A DNA stretch of 64,000 nt from Candidatus Falkowbacteria bacterium (GTDB taxonomy: Bacteria; Patescibacteriota; Patescibacteriia; Patescibacteriales; WJLG01), in the NCBI GenBank assembly GCA_963747695.1, contig CAVVFV010000001.1, forward strand, positions 36,466 through 100,465, written 5' to 3'. The first letter of the stretch is position 1. Each line of letters opens with the position of its first letter. The position numbers and the translations under genes were made by a program. Below, piece by piece: positions 37,713 to 46,275 of the stretch. A model generated the notes under the pieces. It did no database searches, had not been told where the DNA came from, and saw only the letters and a list, made by a program, of their open reading frames with translations.

Positions 37713-38411
37713 ATGGCGATAAAGTTAAACGTCTACAATCAAAACGGCGAAGTGAAAGGCCAGAAAGAATTATCTGAGAAGATTTTCGGCGTGAAGGCGA
37801 GCACCGCCCTGATTAATGAAGCGGTCACCGCGCAATTGGCCAACGAACGCCAGGTTTTGGCGCATACCAAGACCCGCAGCGAAGTCAGAGGCGGCGGCAA
37901 GAAACCGTGGCGCCAAAAGGGTACGGGCAGAGCCAGAGCCGGTTCGTCCCGCTCTCCGCTTTGGATCGGCGGCGGTATAATTTTTGGTCCGAATTCCGAT
38001 CGTAATTTTTCCAAGAAGATCAATAAGAAAGCCAAACGCAAGGCGATGTTTATGGTCTTGTCGGATCGCGCCGCCCAGAACGGTTTGGCCATCATGGAAA
38101 ATCTGACCCTGGAAAATTATCAGACTAAAGTGATGGATGGAATTTTGAATAATTTGGAAGAAAAAGTTTTTAAAAATTTTAAGATTGAAGAAAAGAAAAA
38201 ATCCAAGGACAAGAAAGTCAGATCGACCGGCCGCAGCATTCTGTTGATCAACGATGCCAATGATCAAAAAGTGATCAATTCGGTAAGAAATCTGACCGGC
38301 GCGAAGATCATCAACTTGGAAAATATCAATGTCGTCGACCTGCTGCATCATAAGAATCTGATTATCTCGGCGAAGGCGATCGATAAACTCGAAGCTATTT
38401 ACAAAGAATAG
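37713..38411 (+). CDS. rplD: 50S ribosomal protein L4
   Basis: HTKTRSEVRGGGKKPWRQKGTGRARAGSSRSPLWIGGG. Confidence 0.92.
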   Translation: MAIKLNVYNQNGEVKGQKELSEKIFGVKASTALINEAVTAQLANERQVLAHTKTRSEVRGGGKKPWRQKGTGRARAGSSRSPLWIGGGIIFGPNSDRNFSKKINKKAKRKAMFMVLSDRAAQNGLAIMENLTLENYQTKVMDGILNNLEEKVFKNFKIEEKKKSKDKKVRSTGRSILLINDANDQKVINSVRNLTGAKIINLENINVVDLLHHKNLIISAKAIDKLEAIYKE

Positions 38412-38437
38412 AACTGGACAATATAAAAAAAGAAATT

Positions 38438-38923
38438 ATGCCAATATTTGGAAAGAATAAAGCTGAAGAAAAGAAGCAGGACGAAAAAAAATCGCCCTCC
38501 GTTAGCGGCGCCAAGAAAGTGAAGCCAGCGGCGAAAAAATCCATGAAGGATCTTTACGGCGCAGGCAAGGAAACGGCGGCGGTTTCGACGGTCAAAGAGG
38601 AAGGAAAGCCCGAGATCAAGAAGGATTCCGCGGTTGTCTCCAGCGCTTTTCGCGTCTTGCTCCGTCCGTTAGTCACTGAGAAAGGCAGCCATCTGGGAGT
38701 TCTCAATAAGTATTTGTTTGAAGTCGATTATAATACCAACAAGATCGAAGTGGCCAAGGCGATCGAGGCTGCTTACGGCGTCAAACCGACCAAAGTGAAT
38801 ATCATCAAACTGGCCGGCAAGGTCATGCGCCGGGGCAGAACCGTCGGCCGCCGGAAGAATTGGAAAAAGGCGATTGTCACCTTACCGGAAGGAAAAACAA
38901 TCCAGATCTACGAAGGAATCTAA
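38438..38923 (+). CDS. rplW: 50S ribosomal protein L23 (N-terminal extension of about 70 aa)
   Basis: LLRPLVTEKGSHL...YLFEVDYNTNKIEVAKAIEAAYGVKPTKVNI. Confidence 0.88.
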   Translation: MPIFGKNKAEEKKQDEKKSPSVSGAKKVKPAAKKSMKDLYGAGKETAAVSTVKEEGKPEIKKDSAVVSSAFRVLLRPLVTEKGSHLGVLNKYLFEVDYNTNKIEVAKAIEAAYGVKPTKVNIIKLAGKVMRRGRTVGRRKNWKKAIVTLPEGKTIQIYEGI

Positions 38924-39034
38924 GGCAAGATAAGAAATAAAAAGATAAGAGAGAAGACATTTGAGGTAAGGAAACAAGATTTTTATAAATATTCATTCTT
39001 AAATCTCTTATCGCTTATCTGAAATCTGATTAAT

Positions 39035-39877
39035 ATGGGTATCATAAAAGTAAAACCGAATACGGCGGCGAGAAGAGAATTCGTTTTTGACGATTTTGCC
39101 GATATCACTTCCACTCATCCGGAGAAAAGTTTGTTATTGCCGAAAAAGTCCACCGGCGGCCGGAATTTCCAGGGAAAAATAACCACCCGGCATAAGGGCG
39201 GCGGCGTCAAGCGCGCCATCAGAATCGTCGATTTCAAACGCGAAAAATATGACATTCCTGCCACGGTCAAGACGATCGAATACGATCCGGGCCGCGGCGC
39301 GAGAATCGCTTTGCTTTTCTATGCCGATGGCGAAAAGAGATATATCGTTGCTCCAGTCGGTCTGAAGGTTGAAGATAAAATCTTAAGTTCCCAGAAAAAT
39401 ATTGAGATAAAAACCGGTAACGCGATGCCGATCAAGTTCATTCCCGCCGGCGTTTCCGTTTCCAACGTTGAACTTTTCCCCGGCCAGGGCGGCAAGATCG
39501 CCCGCAGCGCCGGCAATGCCGTTACGGTGATGGGTGTCGAAGGTGATTTTGCCCAGTTAAGGATGCCGTCCAGCGAAATCCGCTTGGTCAACAAAGAATG
39601 TCTTTGCACGATCGGTCAGGCCAGCAATCCTGATCATATGAATATCATCATCGGTGCGGCCGGCCGCCAGAGAAGATTGGGCATCCGCCCGACGGTCCGC
39701 GGTACCGCGATGAATCCTAATGACCACCCGCATGGTGGTGGCGAAGGTAAGCAGCCGATCGGTTTGAAGCATCCGAAGACTCCTTGGGGCAAACCGGCTC
39801 TCGGAGTGCCGACCAGGAAGCATCAGTATTCGGATAATCTGATCGTTCATAGAAGAAAAAAGAGAATTGAAAAATAA
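39035..39877 (+). CDS. rplB: 50S ribosomal protein L2
   Basis: GRNFQGKITTRHKGGGVKR...MNPNDHPHGGGEGK. Confidence 0.97.
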   Translation: MGIIKVKPNTAARREFVFDDFADITSTHPEKSLLLPKKSTGGRNFQGKITTRHKGGGVKRAIRIVDFKREKYDIPATVKTIEYDPGRGARIALLFYADGEKRYIVAPVGLKVEDKILSSQKNIEIKTGNAMPIKFIPAGVSVSNVELFPGQGGKIARSAGNAVTVMGVEGDFAQLRMPSSEIRLVNKECLCTIGQASNPDHMNIIIGAAGRQRRLGIRPTVRGTAMNPNDHPHGGGEGKQPIGLKHPKTPWGKPALGVPTRKHQYSDNLIVHRRKKRIEK

Positions 39878-39880
39878 ATT

Positions 39881-39989
39881 ATGATGCGAATGCCGCGAAT
39901 TGTATACGAATGCCGCGAAAACCGCGAATAATAAATTATCTGATTCGCATTTTTCGCAGCATTCGCGTTAATTCGCGGATTAGCATCAG
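39881..39989. repeat. family B long hairpin, subfamily B1
   Basis: atgatgcgaatgccgcgaattgtatacgaatgccgcgaaaaccgcgaata...attcgcatttttcgcagcattcgcgttaattcgcggattagcatcag. The reverse complement of the left arm matches the right arm at about 80% by eye. Confidence 0.85.
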
Positions 39990-39995
39990 CTATAT

Positions 39996-40352
39996 ATGTC
40001 CAGAAGTTTAAAAAAGGGTCCATACGTAAACCCCAGAATAATCAAAAAGATCAAGAATCTTAAGCCCGGCGATAAAACCGTGATTAAGGTTTGGGATCGA
40101 GCCTGCAGCATCACTCCGGAAATGGTGGGATTTACGATTGGCGTGCATAACGGCCGACAGCACATTCCGGTTTATGTCGTGGAAAATATGGTCGGTCATC
40201 GGTTGGGTGAATTTTCTTTAACCAGAAAGTTCGTCGCTCACGGCGGCAAGATCGCTAAGGCCGAAGCGGCCGAAGAAGCGGAAGCGGGAAAACGGACGGC
40301 AGAAGCTCCGGCCAATGGCGCAGCTAAGGCGCCAGTAGAAAAGAAAAAATAA
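39996..40352 (+). CDS. rpsS: 30S ribosomal protein S19 (Ala/Glu-rich C-terminal extension)
   Basis: [11 protein letters not shown]...[29 protein letters not shown]. Confidence 0.94.
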   Translation: MSRSLKKGPYVNPRIIKKIKNLKPGDKTVIKVWDRACSITPEMVGFTIGVHNGRQHIPVYVVENMVGHRLGEFSLTRKFVAHGGKIAKAEAAEEAEAGKRTAEAPANGAAKAPVEKKK

Positions 40353-40389
40353 AAGACACAATCCAAATTTTTCGAAATATTTGAACATT

Positions 40390-40518
40390 AAATCCGAAGC
40401 ACGAAATCCGAAATCCTAAACAAATTCAAAGCATTAAATCCGAAATTCAAAACGTTTTGAATTTTGAACATTTGGATTTTGAATTTGTTTAGGATTTGGT
40501 GCTTAGAATTTCGGATTT
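40390..40518. repeat. family C ('aaatccgaaat') long hairpin
   Basis: aaatccgaagcacgaaatccgaaatcctaaacaaattcaaa...aaaacgtttt...tttgaatttgtttaggatttggtgcttagaatttcggattt. A second copy lies at 46976-47105. Confidence 0.8.
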
Positions 40519-40561
40519 TAAAGTTTTTTAAAGAATCATAGTATTAAAATAAGTTATAAAC

Positions 40562-41101
40562 ATGGAGATTAAAGTCAAACTAAAATTTATCCGGATGTCT
40601 TCGAAAAAGCTGCGCTTGGTGGCCAATCTTATTCGCGGCTCCCAAGTTGACTTGGCTTTGAATCAGTTGCGCTTTGCCAATAAAAAAGCGGCCGAACCGA
40701 TCGCCAAGCTGCTTAAGTCAGCCATCGCCTCGGCGGCCAATGATTTCGAATTGGATAAGAATAATCTGTTCGTTAAGGAAATAAGAATCGATGAAGGCGG
40801 AATGCTGAAACGCTGGACCCCCAAGGCCCACGGCAGCGCCACGCCGATCCGCAGACGGTTAAGCCATATCAATATCGTTTTGGGCGAACTGAAAGCTTCC
40901 GGAGTGACGGCGGCGAAAAAGAAAGAAGTGGAAGCGCCGATTTCTTTGGAAGAAATGGTCAAGGAAGGGGAAAAGACCGCTAAGAAAGAACCGAGCAAAG
41001 ATATTAAGAAAGAAACGCCCGGCAAGGATTTTAAGAATGAAGGCGCTTCGAAGAAAGGTTTCGTCAATAAAATGTTCCAGAGAAAAAGCGGCAACGGCTA
41101 A
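40562..41101 (+). CDS. rplV: 50S ribosomal protein L22 (Lys-rich C-terminal extension)
   Basis: IRMSSKKLRLVANLIRG...AAEPIAKLLKSAIASAAN...KRWTPKAHGSATPIRRRLSHI. Confidence 0.9.
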   Translation: MEIKVKLKFIRMSSKKLRLVANLIRGSQVDLALNQLRFANKKAAEPIAKLLKSAIASAANDFELDKNNLFVKEIRIDEGGMLKRWTPKAHGSATPIRRRLSHINIVLGELKASGVTAAKKKEVEAPISLEEMVKEGEKTAKKEPSKDIKKETPGKDFKNEGASKKGFVNKMFQRKSGNG

Positions 41102-41105
41102 AAAA

Positions 41106-41206
41106 TTAGTATTTAGTATAAAGTATCTGGTATTTAGTATATTATTTTCGAAGAGAAAATTTTTAACTAGACACCAAATACTTTATACCAAATACTTTAT
41201 ACTAAT
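41106..41206. repeat. family E ('tatttagtat / ataccaaatac') hairpin
   Basis: ttagtatttagtataaagtatctggtatttagtat...acaccaaatactttataccaaatactttatactaa. Confidence 0.75.
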
Positions 41207-41211
41207 ATCGT

Positions 41212-41907
41212 ATGGGAAAAAAAGTAAATCCAAAAATTTTCAGAATCGGCATTAATCGGACTTGGCCGTCCGTCTGGTTTGCTACTGGCCAGGATTATAT
41301 CAAGAATACCAGGCAAGACGTGCAAGCGCGGAGATTTTTGATGAATGAACTGAAAGAAGCCGGCATTGATAATGTCCGGATTGAAAGAGGAGTGAAGAAG
41401 ATTTCTTTTGACATCACCGCTTCCAAGCCGGGTGTGATCATCGGCCGCGGTGGCAACGGTATCGAAGATTTGAAGAAAAAAGTCCATGATAAGTTTTTGA
41501 AGAATTTCCGTTTGAAGGAGATCAATCTCAATATCAAGGAGTGCGATCGCCCGAATCTGAGCTCGCAGATCGTTATGCAGTCGATCATCGCCGATATTGA
41601 AAAGCGTATGCCTTTCAAGCGCACGATGAAGCAGGCTGTTTCCCGCGTGGAAAAAGCCGGCGGCCTGGGAGTCAAAGTCGTGGTGGCCGGACGGTTGAAT
41701 GGCGCGGAAATCGCCCGCGAGGAGAAATTAGTTTCCGGAAAGATCCCTTTGCAGACTTTGAGAGCTGATATTGATTATTCCCGCGGCGTGGCCAAGACCA
41801 CTTACGGCACGATCGGCGTCAAAGTCTGGATCTATAAAGGCGAAGTTTTTGAAAAAGATTTGAAGAATAAAGACGGCAAAGGAGAAATATTAGGCCGGAG
41901 AAAGTAA
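41212..41907 (+). CDS. rpsC: 30S ribosomal protein S3
   Basis: MGKKVNPKIFRIGINRTWPSVWFA...GRLNGAEIAREE. Confidence 0.96.
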   Translation: MGKKVNPKIFRIGINRTWPSVWFATGQDYIKNTRQDVQARRFLMNELKEAGIDNVRIERGVKKISFDITASKPGVIIGRGGNGIEDLKKKVHDKFLKNFRLKEINLNIKECDRPNLSSQIVMQSIIADIEKRMPFKRTMKQAVSRVEKAGGLGVKVVVAGRLNGAEIAREEKLVSGKIPLQTLRADIDYSRGVAKTTYGTIGVKVWIYKGEVFEKDLKNKDGKGEILGRRK

Positions 41908-41938
41908 ATCATAAAATAATACCAAATACGATACAAAT

Positions 41939-42349
41939 ATGTTGATGCCCAGAAAAACTAAATATCGCAAGTCCCATAAAGGCAAAAGAGGCGGCAAAGC
42001 CACTAGCGGCCTGTCGGTTAGTTTTGGCAGTTATGGCCTTAAGTCTTTGGAAAATTGCTGGGTGACAGCGAGACAGATCGAAGCGGCCCGCCGCGTTTTG
42101 ACCAGATATATCAAGAAGGGCGGCAGAATTTTCTGCCGGATCTTCCCGGCCAAGCCGGTTACCGCCAAGGGCGGCGAACTGCCGATGGGTAAGGGCAAAG
42201 GTTCGGTCGATCATTATGTTTGTAATGTAAAGCCGGGGATGGTGATGTTTGAGATCGAAGGCGTTACCGAAGCGGAAGCCAAAGAAGGAATGAAATTCGC
42301 CGGAGATAAGTTGCCGGTCAAATCGCGGTTTGTTAAAGCCAACGAGTAA
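41939..42349 (+). CDS. rplP: 50S ribosomal protein L16
   Basis: MLMPRKTKYRKSHKGKRGG...ARQIEAARRV. Confidence 0.95.
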   Translation: MLMPRKTKYRKSHKGKRGGKATSGLSVSFGSYGLKSLENCWVTARQIEAARRVLTRYIKKGGRIFCRIFPAKPVTAKGGELPMGKGKGSVDHYVCNVKPGMVMFEIEGVTEAEAKEGMKFAGDKLPVKSRFVKANE

Positions 42350-42354
42350 TAAAT

Positions 42355-42465
42355 ATGATGCGAATGCCGCGAATTGTATGCGAATGCCGCGAAAACCGCG
42401 AATAGGTTTAGAAAATATATTCGCATTTTTCGCGGAATTCGCGATAATTCGTAGATTTGCATCAG
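42355..42465. repeat. family B long hairpin, subfamily B1
   Basis: atgatgcgaatgccgcgaattgtatgcgaatgccgcgaaaaccgcgaata...attcgcatttttcgcggaattcgcgataattcgtagatttgcatcag. It is near-identical to the 39881 copy. Confidence 0.85.
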
Positions 42466-42471
42466 CTATAT

Positions 42472-42660
42472 ATGGAATTCAAAGAATTATCCAAGAAAAC
42501 TGAAAAAGAATTGCAAGCGATCTTATCCGAATATCGGGAGAAATTAAGATTGGCCCGTTTTAAGGATGCCAATAAGCAGTTGAAAAATGTCCGGGAGATC
42601 AGAGTAACCAGAAATGTCATCGCCAACGTGTTGACCTTGCTTAATTTGAACAAGAAATAA
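42472..42660 (+). CDS. rpmC: 50S ribosomal protein L29
   Basis: MEFKELSKKTEKELQAILSEYREKLRLARFK. ATG 42472 is preferred; the track's 42457 start lies in the repeat. Confidence 0.85.
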   Translation: MEFKELSKKTEKELQAILSEYREKLRLARFKDANKQLKNVREIRVTRNVIANVLTLLNLNKK

Positions 42661-42671
42661 TTTAAATTTAT

Positions 42672-42923
42672 ATGGATCAGGATAAAAAAGTCAGCAAAAG
42701 AAAGTTTGTCGGAATAGTTACCAGCGACAAGATGGACAAGACCATCTCGGTCCAGGTGATCACTGTTAAGCGCAACCAAAAATATAAAAAGACTTATTTC
42801 ATTTCCAAGAAATATAAGGTTCATGATGAAAAAAATCAGTTCAAGGAAGGGGATAAGGTGGAATTCATCGAATGCCGCCCGTTAAGCAAAGATAAGAAAT
42901 GGAGAGCGATCGGCAAAAAGTAA
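42672..42923 (+). CDS. rpsQ: 30S ribosomal protein S17
   Basis: KRKFVGIVTSDKMDKTISVQV...KYKVHDEKNQFKEGDKVEFIECRPLSKDK. Confidence 0.9.
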   Translation: MDQDKKVSKRKFVGIVTSDKMDKTISVQVITVKRNQKYKKTYFISKKYKVHDEKNQFKEGDKVEFIECRPLSKDKKWRAIGKK

Positions 42924-42978
42924 AAAGTTAAAAGTAAAAAGTTAAAAGTAAAAAGTTAAAAGTAAGAAGTAGAAAGTT
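42917..42978. repeat. heptamer tandem repeat GTWAAAA (family J)
   Basis: gtaaaaa gttaaaa gtaaaaa gttaaaa gtaaaaa gttaaaa gtaagaa gtagaaa starts at the rpsQ stop. Related runs lie at 22226-22268, 37684-37711 and 45853-45890. Confidence 0.75.
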
Positions 42979-43041
42979 TACCAGTAATTGCCGGTAAATA
43001 ATAATATACTTAATACTTTATACCAAATACTAAATACTAAT

Positions 43042-43413
43042 ATGATCCAGGTCGGAACAAGATTAAGAGTAGCTGACAATACCGGCGCCAAAGAGGCGGA
43101 GTGCATCAGAGTTAACGGTACTTACGGCAAAAGATACGCTACCATCGGCGATATCATTACTTGCGCGGTTAAGCAGGCGATTCCGCATGCTCCGGTCAAG
43201 AAAAGCGATGTCGTCAAGGCGGTCGTGGTCAGAACTAAGAAAGAGATCAAAAGAAAAGACGGCACTTGTCTGCGCTTTGACGAGAATGCCTGCGTTATTG
43301 TCGATGCCGATAAAGGCGAACCCAAAGGAACGAGAATTTTCGGTCCGATCGCCCGCGAGGTGAGAAGAAAGGGATTCGTAAAAATAGCTTCGTTAGCTCC
43401 GGAAGTACTATAA
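43042..43413 (+). CDS. rplN: 50S ribosomal protein L14
   Basis: [18 protein letters not shown]...; ATG 43042. Confidence 0.96.
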   Translation: MIQVGTRLRVADNTGAKEAECIRVNGTYGKRYATIGDIITCAVKQAIPHAPVKKSDVVKAVVVRTKKEIKRKDGTCLRFDENACVIVDADKGEPKGTRIFGPIAREVRRKGFVKIASLAPEVL

Positions 43414-43420
43414 AGATAAT

Positions 43421-43453
43421 GCTAATTTCGCGAATGATGCGAATCTACGAATA
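43421..43453. repeat. family B half-element (left arm only), subfamily B3
   Basis: gctaatttcgcgaatgatgcgaatctacgaata is the exact reverse complement of 45268-45300 (checked base by base). Confidence 0.85.
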
Positions 43454-43465
43454 ATAATAAAGAAT

Positions 43466-43801
43466 ATGAAGATAAAAAAGAACGACAACGTCAGAATATT
43501 GGCTGGTAAAGATAAAGGCAAGGAAGGAAAAGTCCTGCAGATTTTTGTCGACACTAATAAAGCCAGCATTGAAGGGTTAAATCTTTTGATTAAGCATTTG
43601 CGCCCGAGAAAACAAGGCGAGAAGGGCCAGAGAATCGAATTTCCCGCTCCGCTCTCGATCACGAATTTGGCTTTGCTTTGTCCGAATTGCGGCAAAACCA
43701 CCAGGGTCGGGTATCAGTATACCGAGGAAACGGTCGGCGAGGGAAAGAAGATCAGCAAGAAAGTAAGAATTTGCAAAAAGTGTAAGAAAGCTATCGAATA
43801 G
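43466..43801 (+). CDS. rplX: 50S ribosomal protein L24 (C-terminal zinc-ribbon-like CxxC...CxxC)
   Basis: MKIKKNDNVRILAGKDKGKEGKVLQI...CPNCGK...CKKCKK. Confidence 0.88.
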   Translation: MKIKKNDNVRILAGKDKGKEGKVLQIFVDTNKASIEGLNLLIKHLRPRKQGEKGQRIEFPAPLSITNLALLCPNCGKTTRVGYQYTEETVGEGKKISKKVRICKKCKKAIE

Positions 43802-43825
43802 AAGCTAAATCGCATTTAAATTTAT

Positions 43826-44365
43826 ATGAGATTAAAAGAATATTACAAGAAAGAGATTCTGCCGGAATTGAAAAAACGGTTGAATATCCAGAATGATCTG
43901 GCCGCGCCCCGCCTGGTGAAGGTAGTGCTTAACGTTGGTTTTGGCCGGAACACCAAAGACAAGGAATTGATTAAAATCATCGAAGAAAATTTGACGATCA
44001 TCGCCGGACAGAAACCGATGTTGAATAAGGCCAAAAAAGCCGTTTCCGCTTTCAAGATCAAGGAAGGAATGATCATCGGCGCTTCAGTCACTTTGCGCGG
44101 TCAGCGGATGTGGGATTTTATGGAAAGATTAGTGAATGTCTATCTGCCTCGCGTCCGGGATTTCCGGGGAGTCGATCCCAAGTCGATCGACCGCACCGGT
44201 TGTCTGACCATCGGCTTCAAGGACATCATGCCTTTTGCCGAGATCGAAGTCAGAGATCTGGAAAAATTGCACGGTTTGGAAATTTGTATTGCCACCACCG
44301 CCAAAAGCGCGGCGGCGGGATTGGAACTTTTCCGCTTAATGAAATTCCCGTTGAGAAAAGAATAA
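43826..44365 (+). CDS. rplE: 50S ribosomal protein L5
   Basis: MRLKEYYKKEILPELKKRLNIQNDLAAPRLVKVVLNVGFG. Confidence 0.95.
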   Translation: MRLKEYYKKEILPELKKRLNIQNDLAAPRLVKVVLNVGFGRNTKDKELIKIIEENLTIIAGQKPMLNKAKKAVSAFKIKEGMIIGASVTLRGQRMWDFMERLVNVYLPRVRDFRGVDPKSIDRTGCLTIGFKDIMPFAEIEVRDLEKLHGLEICIATTAKSAAAGLELFRLMKFPLRKE

Positions 44366-44370
44366 TTATT

Positions 44371-44468
44371 AGTATCTCGTATCTCGTATTTCGTATCTCG
44401 GATATTTTTTAATAAAAATGTCGGGGATCCAAAATACGAAATACGAAATACCAAATACGAAATACGAA
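44371..44468. repeat. family D ('tcgtatt / aaatacgaaat') hairpin
   Basis: agtatctcgtatctcgtatttcgtatctcg...aaaatacgaaatacgaaataccaaatacgaaatacgaaa. Related words recur at 47575-47605. Confidence 0.75.
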
Positions 44469-44473
44469 AAAAT

Positions 44474-44659
44474 ATGGCTCGAACAGCGTTAATAGTCAAA
44501 GCGAAAAGAAAACCGAAATTTTCCACCCGGAAGATCAGACGTTGCTGGCGCTGCGGCCGTAATCACGGCTATATGCGTGATTTCGAATTGTGCCGCATTT
44601 GTTTTCGCGAGTTGGCCGAAAAAGGCGAGCTGCCCGGAATCAAAAGAGCATCCTGGTAA
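44474..44659 (+). CDS. rpsN: 30S ribosomal protein S14, type Z (61 aa, zinc form)
   Basis: [48 protein letters not shown]. Confidence 0.92.
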   Translation: MARTALIVKAKRKPKFSTRKIRRCWRCGRNHGYMRDFELCRICFRELAEKGELPGIKRASW

Positions 44660-44786
44660 ATTAAATTCATAATTTCCGTTATTAATAACTTGTTCTTTGT
44701 TCCTTGATCTGTGATTTTTATTGATAAGAGCATAGAGCATGGAACAAAGAGCAAGACAAAAAAGTATCACTAATATTTAGAAAAAT

Positions 44787-45203
44787 ATGACCGATCCAAT
44801 AGCCGACATGTTAACCAGAATCAGGAACGCCGCCGCTTCCGGAAAGAGCGACCTGATTTTGCCTGCCAGCAAAATTAAAATTGCCATCGCCAAGATTCTT
44901 GAAAAGGAGAATTGGATTCAGAAATTCGAGATCTTAGGCGGAGACAATGCCAAGGCTCAGGCTGACGGCGCTTTCCAGGAATTGAAGATTGTTTTGAAAT
45001 ACAAGAAAAGCGGCCGACCGGCGATCATTGCGATCAAACGTGTCAGCAAACCGGGCTTGCGGGTGTATTTCGGCAAGGATAAGATGCCGCAAGTATTGAA
45101 CGGTTTGGGAACGGCGATCGTTTCGACTTCCAAAGGCTTGATGACCGCCAAAGAGGCGAAAAAAGCCAAGATCGGCGGCGAGATCCTTTGCGAAATTTAT
45201 TAA
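44787..45203 (+). CDS. rpsH: 30S ribosomal protein S8
   Basis: MTDPIADMLTRIRNA... Confidence 0.94.
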   Translation: MTDPIADMLTRIRNAAASGKSDLILPASKIKIAIAKILEKENWIQKFEILGGDNAKAQADGAFQELKIVLKYKKSGRPAIIAIKRVSKPGLRVYFGKDKMPQVLNGLGTAIVSTSKGLMTAKEAKKAKIGGEILCEIY

Positions 45204-45227
45204 AATGAAAAGTGGTACGAATTAGTT

Positions 45228-45300
45228 CTAATGCTAATTTTCGAATGATGCGAATTTTGCGAATAAATATTCGTAGATTCGCATCATTCGCGAAATTAGC
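45228..45300. repeat. family B long hairpin, subfamily B3
   Basis: ctaatgctaattttcgaatgatgcgaattttgcgaata aa tattcgtagattcgcatcattcgcgaaattagc. Confidence 0.8.
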
Positions 45301-45308
45301 CTTATGTT

Positions 45309-45854
45309 ATGTCCCGTTTAGGAAAATTATCAATCAAGATACCGTCTGACGTTCAAGTTAAAGTTGAGGGCGATTTGGTGACCGTCAAAGGTCCGAAAGG
45401 AGAATTGCAGAGAAAATTGATCCCGCAGATCGCCGTAAAATTGGGCGAAGGGGAACTTAACGTCAATATCGTCAATCCCAAGAATAAGAGAGAAAATGCT
45501 CTCTGGGGCTTATATTGGAATCTGATCAGGAATATGGTGATCGGCGTCAAAGATGGTTTTCAGAAAAAATTGGAGATCAACGGCGTCGGTTTCAAAGTCC
45601 AGGGTTCGGGCAAGAAATTAACTTTCAATGTCGGCTATTCCCATCCGGTCGAATTCATCTTGCCGCCCACGCTCGACGCCAAGGTGGAAGAAAACGTGAT
45701 TACGGTCAGCGGCGCGGACAAGGAATTACTGGGCCAGGTTGCTAATCAGATCAGAAATATCAAAAAACCCGAACCTTATAAGGGCAAGGGTATCAAATAT
45801 GTCGATGAAGTTCTGAGAAGAAAGGAAGGTAAGGCGGCCGTAAAGAGTGAATAA
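45309..45854 (+). CDS. rplF: 50S ribosomal protein L6
   Basis: MSRLGKLSIKIPSDVQVKVEGDLVTVKGPKGEL. Confidence 0.94.
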   Translation: MSRLGKLSIKIPSDVQVKVEGDLVTVKGPKGELQRKLIPQIAVKLGEGELNVNIVNPKNKRENALWGLYWNLIRNMVIGVKDGFQKKLEINGVGFKVQGSGKKLTFNVGYSHPVEFILPPTLDAKVEENVITVSGADKELLGQVANQIRNIKKPEPYKGKGIKYVDEVLRRKEGKAAVKSE

Positions 45855-45897
45855 GTAAGTAAAAAGTAAAAAGTTAAAAGTAAAAAGTAGGAATTAT

Positions 45898-46254
45898 ATG
45901 GACAAACAAATAGTACGACAAGTAAAAAGAATCAGACGTCACGCGAGAATCCGCGCCAAGATCAAGGGCACGGCAGTTTGCCCGCGTCTTTCGATTTTTC
46001 GCTCCAATCGCGGCATGGCTTTGCAGTTGATCGATGATGAAGCCGGCAAGACATTGGTTAGCGCGGTGGCCAAGGAGATCAAAGCCAAGAAATTGAATAA
46101 GACCGAGCTGAGCGCCGCCTTGGGTAAATTATTGGCCGAAAAAGCAATGGTGAAAAAGATCAGCCAGGCTGTGTTTGATAAGAGTTTTTATAAGTTTCAC
46201 GGCCGGATCAAGGCGGCGGCCGAAGCGGCAAGAGCCGGAGGATTAAAATTTTAA
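45898..46254 (+). CDS. rplR: 50S ribosomal protein L18
   Basis: RRHARIRAKIKGTAVCPRLSIFRSNRGMALQLIDD. Confidence 0.9.
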   Translation: MDKQIVRQVKRIRRHARIRAKIKGTAVCPRLSIFRSNRGMALQLIDDEAGKTLVSAVAKEIKAKKLNKTELSAALGKLLAEKAMVKKISQAVFDKSFYKFHGRIKAAAEAARAGGLKF

Positions 46255-46275
46255 AGAACAAATTTATTTAAATAT

